Positions 10,593 through 19,739 of a DNA stretch of 64,000 nt are shown here, one piece after another. The position numbers and the translations under genes are program-made. The DNA lies in NCBI GenBank assembly GCA_965224245.1, contig OZ245046.1, positions 1,472,001-1,536,000 on the forward strand, in the 5' to 3' direction. Origin of the DNA: Candidatus Eiseniibacteriota bacterium. Its GTDB lineage: Bacteria > Eisenbacteria > RBG-16-71-46 > CAZAMP01. Under the pieces are notes generated by a model that was given only the letters and a program-made list of their open reading frames with translations, had not been told where the DNA came from and ran no database searches. Position 1 is the first letter of the stretch, and each line of letters opens with the position of its first letter.

Positions 10593-11717
10593 ATGGCCAA
10601 CGTCTTCACCCCCGCGCTCAAGGTCACCCGGCGCACGCACGTCGCACGTGACCGGCGGCTTCCGCTGAAGGGAACCGTCGTCGTGGGCAACGGCGACCGC
10701 GTGAAGGCCGATCAGGTCGTCGCGCGCACCGAGCTCCCCGGCAACGTGCACATGGTCAACATCGCCGGCCTCCTGAACGTGCACCAGTCCGACGTGCCGT
10801 CGTTCATGCTGAAGGCCGTGGGCGACCCGGTCGAGAAGGACGAGAACATCGCGATGTCCAAGGGGCTCTTCGGCCTGTTCAAGAGCTACTGCAAGGCGCC
10901 GATCTCGGGAACGATCGAGTCGGTCTCCAACGTCACCGGCCAGGCGGTCTTGCGTGAGCCGCCGATGCCGGTCGAGGTGAACGCGTACGTCGACGGCGTG
11001 GTGACCGAGGTGATCCCCGACGAGGGCGTGGTCGTGGAGTGCGACGGTGCGTTCCTCCAGGGCATCTTCGGCATCGGGGGCGAGGTGCACGGAGCGATCG
11101 AGATCGTGGCGTCCTCGCCCGGTGAGGAGGTGTCGACCGATCAGATCACGCCCGCGATGGCCGGGAAGATCCTGGTCGTGGGCCGTCTGGCGTCGGTGGC
11201 GCTGCTCGAGCGCGCGGCCGAGGTGGGCGTGAGCGCCATCGTGGCCGGCGGCATCAACGCGCAGGACCTGAAGGAGTTCCTCGGATACGACCTGGGCGTG
11301 GCGATCACGGGCTCGGAGGAGAAGGGCATCACGCTGGTCACCACCGAGGGCTTCGGGCCGCTGGCCATCGCCGACAAGACGTTCGCGCTCCTGTCCGAGA
11401 ACGCCGGCCGGCCGGCCGCCGCCAACGGGGCCACCCAGATTCGTGCCGGCGTGATGCGTCCCGAGATCATCATCCCCGACAGCGCGGGCGAGGAGGTTCC
11501 CCGCACGTCGCAGCAGGGGGCCGGCATCGTCGTCGGGAGCCCGATCCGGATCATCCGGGCCCCCTACTTCGGTCAGCTGGCCGAGGTGACCGAGCTACCT
11601 CCCAAGCTGGAGAAGATGGAGAGCGAGACCCTGGTGCGCGTGCTGCGGGCGCGCATCGAGTCCGGTGAGACGGTGACTGTGCCGCGCGCCAACGTCGAGA
11701 TGATCGAGGAACGCTGA
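10593..11717 (+). CDS. Hypothetical soluble protein with barrel-sandwich-hybrid-like segments and C-terminal KOW-like motif
   Basis: VGNGDRVKADQVVA, VGDPVEKDENIA..KAPISGTIESV, AYVDGVVTEV repeats; C-terminal VGSPIRIIRAPYFGQLAEV; GGAGG RBS. Confidence 0.75.
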   Translation: MANVFTPALKVTRRTHVARDRRLPLKGTVVVGNGDRVKADQVVARTELPGNVHMVNIAGLLNVHQSDVPSFMLKAVGDPVEKDENIAMSKGLFGLFKSYCKAPISGTIESVSNVTGQAVLREPPMPVEVNAYVDGVVTEVIPDEGVVVECDGAFLQGIFGIGGEVHGAIEIVASSPGEEVSTDQITPAMAGKILVVGRLASVALLERAAEVGVSAIVAGGINAQDLKEFLGYDLGVAITGSEEKGITLVTTEGFGPLAIADKTFALLSENAGRPAAANGATQIRAGVMRPEIIIPDSAGEEVPRTSQQGAGIVVGSPIRIIRAPYFGQLAEVTELPPKLEKMESETLVRVLRARIESGETVTVPRANVEMIEER

Positions 11718-11724
11718 GGGGCCC

Positions 11725-12510
11725 GTGGAGCCGAACACGTCGCCGTTCAACCCCGACCGCCTGAACGTCCTTCTGATCCTGGGCGTGTTCTTCGCCCTGG
11801 TGTTCGGGTACATCGCGCGTGCGGGCCGCGTGCGGCTGTTCCTGCGCAAGATCGCCGGGCTCGACGCGATCGAGGAGGCGGTGGGGCGCGCCACCGAGAT
11901 GGGCCGCTCGGTGCTCTACGTGCCGGGCATCGACGACGTGAACAACATCCAGACCATCTACTCGATGGTCATCCTCGGGCACGTGGCCCGCACGGTCGCC
12001 CAGTACGAGACGAAGCTGATCGTGCCCCTGGCGAAGGCGTTCGTGGTGCCGCTGGCTGAGGAGACGGTCCGCGCCAGCTACATGGACGCCGGCCGACCCG
12101 AGCTGTTCAATCCCGACGACATCCGCTACCTGTCCGACGAGCAGTTCGCGTTCACCGCCGGAGTGGACGGCATCATGCTGCGCGAGAAGCCCGCGGCCAA
12201 CCTGTACCTCGGGTCGTTCTTCGCCGAGAGCCTCGTCCTGGCCGAGACGGGCTTCTCCACCGGAGCGGTCCAGATCGCCGGCACGGCGAACATCCACCAG
12301 CTTCCATTCTTCGTGGTCGCCTGTGACTACACGCTCATCGGCGAGGAGTTCTTCGCGGCCACGGCGTATCTCTCTCGCGATCCGAAGGTCGTCGGCACGA
12401 TCAAGGGAACCGACGTGATGAAGCTCCTGATCATCGCCGCGATCGTGATCGGGGTCGTCCTGTCCACCGCGGGCAACACGAGCTTCGCCGCCTGGTTCCA
12501 GGTGCGCTAG
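11725..12510 (+). CDS. Membrane-anchored hypothetical protein (DUF6754-like)
   Basis: N- and C-terminal TM helices; LRKIAGLDAIEEAVGRATEMGR and ACDYTLIGEEFFAATAYLS resemble DUF6754 as recalled. Confidence 0.7.
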   Translation: MEPNTSPFNPDRLNVLLILGVFFALVFGYIARAGRVRLFLRKIAGLDAIEEAVGRATEMGRSVLYVPGIDDVNNIQTIYSMVILGHVARTVAQYETKLIVPLAKAFVVPLAEETVRASYMDAGRPELFNPDDIRYLSDEQFAFTAGVDGIMLREKPAANLYLGSFFAESLVLAETGFSTGAVQIAGTANIHQLPFFVVACDYTLIGEEFFAATAYLSRDPKVVGTIKGTDVMKLLIIAAIVIGVVLSTAGNTSFAAWFQVR

Positions 12511-12519
12511 GGAGGACGC

Positions 12520-13158
12520 GTGCGCAAGGAAGTGCCGCTGTTCATCACGTTCCTGTTCGGCGCGTTCATGATCCTCGACTTCTTCGTGCCGCACCATCGC
12601 GTGACCATGATCGGCGAGATGTTCAAGCAGTGGACGGTCATCATCACCGCGTTCGCGTTCGTTCTCGGGGTGGCCAACCTGGCACGCATCAACCTCCACA
12701 AGCTGACCCGCCAGGGTAGCGACCGCTTCTACGCCGGTGTGCTCCTGTTCGGTCTGTTCGGCATGCTGGGCGCGGGGCTCATCGGCGGCATCGAGAGCGG
12801 CTCGTTCGCGTACGACCTCTTCGAGTACGTGTTCACGCCGATGCAGGCCACGATGTTCAGCCTGCTGGCGTTCTTCATCGCGTCGGCGGCGTTCCGCGCG
12901 TTTCGCGTCCGGAGCCTCGACGCGGGCCTGCTGGCCCTGACCGCGCTCCTGGTGATGATCGGGCGCGTGCCGGTGGGCGATCTCATCTCCGACCGCCTGC
13001 CGGAGTCCTGGCCGTCGATCTCGGCCGCGCAGGGCTGGATCATGAACGTGCCCAACCTGGCCGCGAAGCGGGCCATCCTGATCGGCGCCGCGCTCGGCGC
13101 GATCAGCACCGGGCTCAAGATCATCGTCGGCGTCGAGCGCAACTACCTGGGAGAGTGA
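12520..13158 (+). CDS. Multi-pass membrane protein of unknown function
   Basis: About six hydrophobic helices; ATMFSLLAFFIASAAFRAFRVRS, VPNLAAKRAILIG; GGAGG RBS. Confidence 0.75.
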   Translation: MRKEVPLFITFLFGAFMILDFFVPHHRVTMIGEMFKQWTVIITAFAFVLGVANLARINLHKLTRQGSDRFYAGVLLFGLFGMLGAGLIGGIESGSFAYDLFEYVFTPMQATMFSLLAFFIASAAFRAFRVRSLDAGLLALTALLVMIGRVPVGDLISDRLPESWPSISAAQGWIMNVPNLAAKRAILIGAALGAISTGLKIIVGVERNYLGE

Positions 13159-13997
13159 CGGTGGGTGTCGTCGATCGCATGCTGCGGCTGGATCGCCGGT
13201 GGATCTTCGCGGCGATGTGGCTCGCCGTGTCCATTCCGCTCTGGACGAAGCTCGAGATCGGCGTGCGTCCGTCGCCCGAGGTGAGGGCGTTCCACGAGGC
13301 GATCGAGCGTCTCCCCGAGGGGAGCGTGATCTACCTGGCCGCCGACCTCGATCCGGGCTCCCAGGCCGAGCTGGATCCGATGCTGCGGGTCGCAGTCGCG
13401 CACGCGTGCCGCAAGAACCTGAAGGTCATCGGGGCCGCTCTGTGGCCGGCCGCGCCGCCGATCCTGGAGCGGGCGTTCAACGAGATCGCGGTCGGCGAGT
13501 TCGGCAAGGAGTACGGACGGGACTTCGTGAACCTCGGGTTCAAGGAGGGTCGCGAGGCGGTCATGGTCATGGTGGCCGAGGACATCCGGGCCGCCTACCC
13601 GGCCGACTACTACCGCACGCCGCTGGATCAGATTCCGCTGATGGCCGACATCCGGGGCTTCGGAGACGTGGCGCTCCTGGTCAACATCTCGGCCGGCTAT
13701 CCGGGCACGAAGGAGTGGGTGCAGCAGGTGCAGGGCCGCTTCTCGGTCGACATGGTGTCGGGCTGCACGGCGGTCAGCGCGCCCGAGTACTACCCGTACG
13801 TTCAGGCGGGCCAGCTCGACGGGCTCCTGGGCGGGCTGGCCGGGGCGGCGGAGTACGAGACGCTGGCCGATCGGCTGGGTGAGGCGGCGCGCGGCATGAA
13901 CGCGCAGTCGCTCGGACACCTGGCGGTGGTGCTGTTCATCCTCGTGGGGAACGTGCTGCACGTACTCGGGCGACGTCGCGAGAAGGCGGTGGGCTGA
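13155..13997 (+). CDS. Membrane-anchored hypothetical protein with soluble alpha/beta domain
   Basis: LDRRWIF N-terminal TM, YGRDFVNLGFKEG, YYPYVQAGQLDGLLGGLAGAAEYE, C-terminal TM; GTGA overlap with upstream gene. Confidence 0.75.
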   Translation: MTVGVVDRMLRLDRRWIFAAMWLAVSIPLWTKLEIGVRPSPEVRAFHEAIERLPEGSVIYLAADLDPGSQAELDPMLRVAVAHACRKNLKVIGAALWPAAPPILERAFNEIAVGEFGKEYGRDFVNLGFKEGREAVMVMVAEDIRAAYPADYYRTPLDQIPLMADIRGFGDVALLVNISAGYPGTKEWVQQVQGRFSVDMVSGCTAVSAPEYYPYVQAGQLDGLLGGLAGAAEYETLADRLGEAARGMNAQSLGHLAVVLFILVGNVLHVLGRRREKAVG

Positions 13998-14674
13998 TGG
14001 ACGTGACCACCACGACCGCGATCTGGACCACGATCGCCGGGCTGTTGACGCTGGCGATCTTCTCGTTCCTGTATCGCGACAACCCGGTCTACAAGTTCGC
14101 GGAGTATCTGTTCGTGGGCGTGGCGGCGGGGTGGTTCCTGTGCCAGCAGTTCTACACCGTCTTCCTGCCCAGCCTCTGGACGCCCTGGACCGAGGGGCTC
14201 GGGAGCCTCGGCGGGGGAGACGGCTCGCTCAGCGGGCTCTGGCTCACGTTCCCGTTCGTGCTCGGCATCTTCATGTTCACGCGTTTCGTCCCGCGCGTCT
14301 CGTGGCTCAGCCGTTGGCCGATGGCGCTGATGGTGGGTGCGTTCTCGGGGCTGGCCATCATCGGCTTCGCGCAGGGCGATCTCGTCACGCAGATCCAGGC
14401 CAGCATGGTCGATCTCGGCACCGGAGGGGCGGGAACGGTCATCTCCGAGGTGCTGCTCCTGATCGGGCTCCTGACCACGCTCGTCTACTTCTTCTTCTCC
14501 ACCGAGCACAGGGGCGCGATGGGGGCGATGTCGCGGGTCGGGATCGCCTTCCTGATGATCTCGTTCGGAGCGTCGTACGGCTTCACCGTCATGGCTCGCA
14601 TCTCGCTTCTGATCGGTCGACTGCTGTTCCTGTACGAGCGCTGGCCGGAATCGATCAGGGCGCTTCTGTCCTGA
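13997..14674 (+). CDS. Multi-pass membrane protein of unknown function
   Basis: TLAIFSFLYRDNPVYKFAEYLFVGVAAG, LVYFFFS, FLMISFGASYGFTVMARISLLIGR; TGATG coupling. Confidence 0.75.
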   Translation: MDVTTTTAIWTTIAGLLTLAIFSFLYRDNPVYKFAEYLFVGVAAGWFLCQQFYTVFLPSLWTPWTEGLGSLGGGDGSLSGLWLTFPFVLGIFMFTRFVPRVSWLSRWPMALMVGAFSGLAIIGFAQGDLVTQIQASMVDLGTGGAGTVISEVLLLIGLLTTLVYFFFSTEHRGAMGAMSRVGIAFLMISFGASYGFTVMARISLLIGRLLFLYERWPESIRALLS

Positions 14675-14825
14675 TCCGATGGTGAGGCCGATCACCCCCG
14701 ACGCCGATCATTCCGTCGAGGACCGGCGGAACCTCACGCATCGCCCGCGCGTTTCACGGCGTAGCACGGCCGCACGGCCGCACGGCGGGGTCGGCAGGGA
14801 GAGGATTCGAGCATGGAGAGACGCC

Positions 14826-15899
14826 TTGCCGATCGATGAGCTGACCTGGGACGGAGCCCCTCACGAGCCGCACGAGTTTCCCGAGCAATCCGCCGCCGAG
14901 CGACGCCGAGACCGCATGAAGGCGTGGCTCGCCCATCAGCCGCTGGTCCACCGGCTCCTCGACGTGGCGCTGGTGGGCGCGCTGCCCGGCATCGGGGCCT
15001 ACGCCCGCTTCTTCGCGCCGCACACGCTCGAGATCACCGAGCACATGGTGCCGGTGGTGGACCTGCCGCACGAGCTGGATGGTCTCAGGATCGCGCACCT
15101 GACCGACCTGCACGCCGGTCGCACGGTCCCCATCGACTTCCTGGCCCGCTGCATGGACGTGGTCGCCTCGTGCCGACCCGACGTGATCGCCGTCACCGGC
15201 GACTTCCTCCAGTGGGATGCCGGCTACGTCGACGTCGTGGCGGACGTCGTCGGCCGCCTCGACGCGCCGCTCGGCGTGTTCGCGGTGCTGGGCAATCACG
15301 ACTACGGCCTGAACAGCCCGCAGGGAATCCGGTTTCTCGACCACGCCACGGCACGCCTGGTATCCGCACTCGAGGGCCGCGGCGTGCGCGTGCTCCGGAA
15401 CGCGTTCGAGACCGTGCGGGTCGGCGCGAGCGCGCTCCACGTGGTCGGCGTCGAGGACCTGTGGAGCGGGGAGTGCGATGCGCAGGGGGCGTTCGCCCAG
15501 GTGCCCGACGAGGGGACGCGACTGTTCCTCTGCCACAATCCGGACGGCTACGGCTACCGAGATCGCCACCGCTTCGAGCTGATGCTCTCCGGTCACACGC
15601 ACGGGGCACAGGTTCGCGTGCCCGGCTCGCCGAGGGCCCTTCTGCCGGTGCGCGACACGCGACTCCTGGCGGGCTACTACGGCCGGCGCGGCGGGTGGGT
15701 GTACGTGAACCGGGGACTCGGCTACATCTGGCGCGTGCGACTGAACTCCGCGCCCGAGATCGCCTGTCACACGCTTCGCCGCGAGCTCGGTCCGGGGGAC
15801 CGGCCCGTCAGCTACCGGCGCCACCGCGAGCGCTGGCGAGGTGGACGACTCGATCGGCGGCCGATCCGACCGGGCACGAGCCCGGCCGCGCTGGCGTAG
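14826..15899 (+). CDS. Calcineurin-like metallophosphoesterase (YkuE-like); start uncertain
   Basis: Motifs LTDLH, TGDF, LGNHDY, LCHNP, SGHTHGAQV, VNRGLG. Confidence 0.85.
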   Translation: MPIDELTWDGAPHEPHEFPEQSAAERRRDRMKAWLAHQPLVHRLLDVALVGALPGIGAYARFFAPHTLEITEHMVPVVDLPHELDGLRIAHLTDLHAGRTVPIDFLARCMDVVASCRPDVIAVTGDFLQWDAGYVDVVADVVGRLDAPLGVFAVLGNHDYGLNSPQGIRFLDHATARLVSALEGRGVRVLRNAFETVRVGASALHVVGVEDLWSGECDAQGAFAQVPDEGTRLFLCHNPDGYGYRDRHRFELMLSGHTHGAQVRVPGSPRALLPVRDTRLLAGYYGRRGGWVYVNRGLGYIWRVRLNSAPEIACHTLRRELGPGDRPVSYRRHRERWRGGRLDRRPIRPGTSPAALA

Positions 15900-15961
15900 C
15901 CGGCGTGCCCGCTCCGTCGGAGCGTCACCGGCCGCCTCGGTCTGGCGCCCAGACGCCTCGC

Positions 15962-16180
15962 GTGAACGGGCGTGTCCGCTGGTTCGACGCCGTCCAGGGT
16001 GTCGGGGTGGCGGAGCTGCCGGATGGTGGACATCAGATCCATCTCTATTACAAAGAGATACGGCGCGAAGGTTACAGAGCTCTCGAACCGGGGGACGAGA
16101 TCTCGTTCTGGGTGGACGACTCGGTCGGCGGGCGCGTGGCGCGGGACATCCGCTGGGTACGATCTCTGCCGCGGGAGTGA
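15962..16180 (+). CDS. Cold-shock domain protein (divergent)
   Basis: GRVRWFDAVQGVG..GYRALEPGDEISF..GRVARDI follows CspA pattern; hidden at the end of ORF 14924..16180. Confidence 0.7.
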   Translation: MNGRVRWFDAVQGVGVAELPDGGHQIHLYYKEIRREGYRALEPGDEISFWVDDSVGGRVARDIRWVRSLPRE

Positions 16181-16472
16181 TCTGGGCGATCTGGCCCACC
16201 GAGTGGGGCAAACCGCCCGGGCTCGGGACCGCTCCCGCCGCACCCGCGCGCCGGCCGGAGCGCGCGGCCGTCGGTCGCAACGCGTTCCCGCCCAATGGAC
16301 AAGCGCGAAACCGCCCGTCGGGCGCGCCGGTGGCCCCGGACTTGCGACCATCGTTCCGCGTCGGGGGCCCTGCGCCGGACGACATTCTCCGTGCTTCCAG
16401 CTGTCCCATCCGTGTCAGTATTCACGAGGCTCTGGAGACCGTCGGTTGCGGGGCACCTCCTTTCCCTCCACG

Positions 16473-17540
16473 ATGACGCGCGTCTCCTCGACATCTGCCT
16501 TCTTCGATCCCGTGAGGAACGCAACCGTGCCCGGCTCGTTCTCGCTCAGACCGCTCGAGCTCTCGACGCCCCTCGTTCTCGCCCCGATGGAGGACGTGAC
16601 GAGTGCCCCGTTCCGGGCGCTCTGTCGGCGGCACGGCGCGGACCTCGTGTTCACCGAGTTCATCAACGCGGGGATGCTCGTTCGCGGCACGCGCCGGAGC
16701 ACCGAGAAGCTGCGCCTGCGTCCCGACGAGCATCCGATCGGCGTGCAGATCTTCGGCGACGACCCCGACCGGATGGCCGAGGCGGCCCGGATGGCCGAGG
16801 CCGCGGGCGCGGACGTCGTGGACATCAACATCGGATGCCCGGTCCGCAAGATCGTGCGGAAGGGAGCGGGAGCGGCCTTGCTACGGGATCTCGCGCTGAC
16901 CGAGCGCATCGTGGCCGCGGTGCGGGCGGCGGTCGGCGTGCCTGTGACCGCGAAGGCGCGCATCGGGTGGGATCGGGGGGACGTGCGCATCCTCGACCTG
17001 GCCCGCCTCGCGGCCGACGGCGGCGTGGAGATGCTGACCGTTCACGCGCGAACGCGTGCCGAGGGCTACGACACGCCGGCCGACTGGTCGTGGATCGCGC
17101 GCGTCGTCCGCCATGTCCCGATCCCGGTGATCGGCAACGGCGACGTGCTGGCCGGGCCCGACGCGGCCCGACTCGTGGCCGAGACCGGCGCCGCCGGCGT
17201 CATGATCGGGCGGGGCGCAATCGGCAACCCGTGGATCTTCCGCGACGCGCGGGCGGCCCTCGACGGCGCGGCACCTCCGCCGCCGGTGACCACGCGTGAT
17301 CGCGTCGGGGCGGCGCTCGCGCATCTGGACGCGCTCGTCGCCGAGTTCGGGGAGTCCCGGGGCGTTCGACTCATGCGGCGTCAGATGGCCGCATATCTCC
17401 GGACCGAGGCCGGCTGGCCGGCGCTGCGCCGGGAGCTGTCGACGGCCGACTCCGTCACCCGGGTCCGGGAGATCGTGCTCGTCGTAGAGTCCGCGATACG
17501 ACCGCCGAGGCCTTCTCGCCATCAGAGTTCGAAGGTATGA
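16473..17540 (+). CDS. dusB: tRNA-dihydrouridine synthase (DusB-like)
   Basis: LAPMEDVT, QIFG, DINIGCPVRK, GAGAALL, VHART, IGNGDV, GVMIGRGAIGNPWIF. Confidence 0.9.
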   Translation: MTRVSSTSAFFDPVRNATVPGSFSLRPLELSTPLVLAPMEDVTSAPFRALCRRHGADLVFTEFINAGMLVRGTRRSTEKLRLRPDEHPIGVQIFGDDPDRMAEAARMAEAAGADVVDINIGCPVRKIVRKGAGAALLRDLALTERIVAAVRAAVGVPVTAKARIGWDRGDVRILDLARLAADGGVEMLTVHARTRAEGYDTPADWSWIARVVRHVPIPVIGNGDVLAGPDAARLVAETGAAGVMIGRGAIGNPWIFRDARAALDGAAPPPPVTTRDRVGAALAHLDALVAEFGESRGVRLMRRQMAAYLRTEAGWPALRRELSTADSVTRVREIVLVVESAIRPPRPSRHQSSKV

Positions 17541-17545
17541 TGGCA

Positions 17546-17920
17546 CTAGGCGCCGGCCACCAGGCCGATGACAGTCGCCACCTTCTTGACGGCGGCGGCG
17601 ATCTTCGCCGCGTTCTCCGCGGTGGTTGCCGTGCCACCGAGTATCTTGCCGAGACGCTGGAAAGCCGCCGTCATTCGCCCGGTCGTCGTGGCGTGGTCCT
17701 CGATGACCTCGAGCTCCTGCTCGACCGCTGCCATCTCGCCAGGGGACAGCGGCACACCAACCAGCGCGTGCCGAAGCTCCGCGAGATGCCGGGCCAACGA
17801 GTCGAAGTCGACCGAGTCGACAGTGGATTCCGCGTGCGCGTACGGTCCGAATGCGGCGTTTCCGATGGACACGTTTCCCCGGTTCGCGATGATCCCGTAG
17901 TTATCCCGATCGGACGACAT
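17546..17920 (-). CDS. Small hypothetical protein: N-terminal G/N-rich amyloid-like motif plus helical domain
   Basis: 124 aa; NYGIIANRGNVSIGNAAFGPYAHA followed by amphipathic helices; AGGA upstream; overlaps upstream gene by 20 nt. Confidence 0.7.
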   Translation of the reverse strand: MSSDRDNYGIIANRGNVSIGNAAFGPYAHAESTVDSVDFDSLARHLAELRHALVGVPLSPGEMAAVEQELEVIEDHATTTGRMTAAFQRLGKILGGTATTAENAAKIAAAVKKVATVIGLVAGA

Positions 17921-19739
17921 TCCTGATCCTTTCCCCTGGGGTCTTCGCGGCCGTACCGTGGCGGGCCGACGCCCCCTTGCCCACGGCTACGTTGGTCGCC
18001 GCGAAGTCGCCCTGGACCACGATACCGTGGTTCATGATCGTCGACTGCCGTTCCCTCATCTCTGATGTGTCGATCCCGTGTGCGTCGAGGAAGTCGATGA
18101 TCGCATCCAGCACGCGGCTGTCGAGTGACTTTCGATGGAAGTCGGTATCCATGCGTTGGTAGTAGTGGAGATACCTCCGACTCGACATGCTCTCTCGAAG
18201 GCTCGCAGCGCCGTAGTTGTAGAGCGGGTTCGCCTGCACCTCGCGACGGATGGCACTCTCACCGAAGACCAGATCGTGCACGAACGAGGACGCTTTTGCC
18301 AGGAGGAGGAGCGGGGAGAACGCCACGATGAAGGGGAACTTGACCAGCTCGATCAGGAGCCAGCCGATGTAGGAGCTGAAGGTCATGCCGCGAATGGCGT
18401 CCACGCGCCGGTAGGTGTCCGCGAGTGGTGTCAGCAGATGCTGGGACGTCTCTACGAAGAGATTGCGGCCGCGGATCACGCAGCGCAGGAAGTACGAGAA
18501 ACACAGCTCGTGACCCCAGTCCGTGATCTGAACCCACGTGTAATGGCGCACCGAGCGATCGCTGCCTCCAACGAAGCCCTCGATCGTGTTGGGGTCGAGT
18601 CGTTGTCGGGGTCGAGAAAGTGGGGTCGTCAGGATCTGGTCGTTGTGTCTGATGTCCGCGCCGTTCACGAAGAGGTAGTCCGTCGTGGAGAGCCCGGGCC
18701 TGGCCATCTCCCGCAAGGTGGAGTCAATCGCTTCCTTGAGCTCGGTCTCGCTGAACATGACCGGGTTGTCGCCCCCGAACTCCCGGGTTCGGGAGATGTC
18801 GATCGAGAAGGACCACGCACCAACAGGCTCGCCCGCCCCTTCGAACGGGGAGAAGCCGCGATAGACCGCCACGTTCTGTTTCTCGTCCGGTATACCCAGC
18901 TCGATGTCAGGGGGGATTGCGGTGCCGGCGTAGGCGGCACGCACCGCATCCGGGTCGAAGTCGTCGCGATGGAAGGGCTTCGCCAAGCGGTAGTCTTCGG
19001 CGTGGCGCTTGACCAGGAACGCGGCGACCAGCCCCAGCAGGAGCACGACGGCGATCACGGTCTGCCCGGCGGCAGCAAAAGCCAGTGCAAGGCCGCCGAG
19101 AATGGTGAAGACGGCCTGAAAGCCCGTCTCCCGACGCTCGAGCGTGACCGCGATGCGTGCCAGCGTCGTGCAGTCTAGTCCGTGCTCGATCGATCGAGCA
19201 CGGTAGGGCTCCTTGAGGTGCGCGAGGATGCGTTGACGGTGGAGCGATCCGAGCAAGACCGCGCTGGCCCAAGCGTGGCGGTTCACCTCATCGTTGGAAT
19301 ACCCCATGCTCCATGTCTCCTCACGTTTGAGCGACAGGCGGGCGTCGAGCCCGGCGTCCGAGCCGGTTGGCCGGGCCCACCAGATCGCGAGAGCGAGAAT
19401 GCCGAACGGGGACAACCGCCCGAGCAGCTGGGTCAGATCGTTGGCCAGAACGGGCGCTTCGAAGATCCAGGAACTGTCCAGCTCCGACACACGGTATCTC
19501 CACACGTGCGCGAAGGGCATCAGAAGCGCTCCGGTGACCACCTGCGCGGCAAACGCCGCGAGCGCACTGACGAGCACTCCCCCACGGAGGCGTAGTCTCG
19601 CCCACCGTGCCGCGGCGTAGGCGGCGAGCGCGGAAATGCCTCCAACGGGAGCCCCGAGAAGATCCACGTAACGATACGTGAACCCATTCAAGGCGCTGGA
19701 TGCGGTGCCAAGCACGAATAGGACGATGACTCGGTTCAT
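17901..19739 (-). CDS. Hypothetical multi-pass membrane protein with C-terminal G/N-rich amyloid-like motif
   Basis: 612 aa ORF; N-terminal TM helices, two further hydrophobic segments, C-terminal NHGIVVQGDFAATNVAVGKGASA. Confidence 0.75.
   Translation of the reverse strand: MNRVIVLFVLGTASSALNGFTYRYVDLLGAPVGGISALAAYAAARWARLRLRGGVLVSALAAFAAQVVTGALLMPFAHVWRYRVSELDSSWIFEAPVLANDLTQLLGRLSPFGILALAIWWARPTGSDAGLDARLSLKREETWSMGYSNDEVNRHAWASAVLLGSLHRQRILAHLKEPYRARSIEHGLDCTTLARIAVTLERRETGFQAVFTILGGLALAFAAAGQTVIAVVLLLGLVAAFLVKRHAEDYRLAKPFHRDDFDPDAVRAAYAGTAIPPDIELGIPDEKQNVAVYRGFSPFEGAGEPVGAWSFSIDISRTREFGGDNPVMFSETELKEAIDSTLREMARPGLSTTDYLFVNGADIRHNDQILTTPLSRPRQRLDPNTIEGFVGGSDRSVRHYTWVQITDWGHELCFSYFLRCVIRGRNLFVETSQHLLTPLADTYRRVDAIRGMTFSSYIGWLLIELVKFPFIVAFSPLLLLAKASSFVHDLVFGESAIRREVQANPLYNYGAASLRESMSSRRYLHYYQRMDTDFHRKSLDSRVLDAIIDFLDAHGIDTSEMRERQSTIMNHGIVVQGDFAATNVAVGKGASARHGTAAKTPGERIRNVVRSG

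Noticed and set aside
16200-16260. GGGCAAACC resembling a c-di-GMP-I riboswitch
   Set aside because: It lacks the GNRA-capped stem and the following GACGCAAAGC and second stem.
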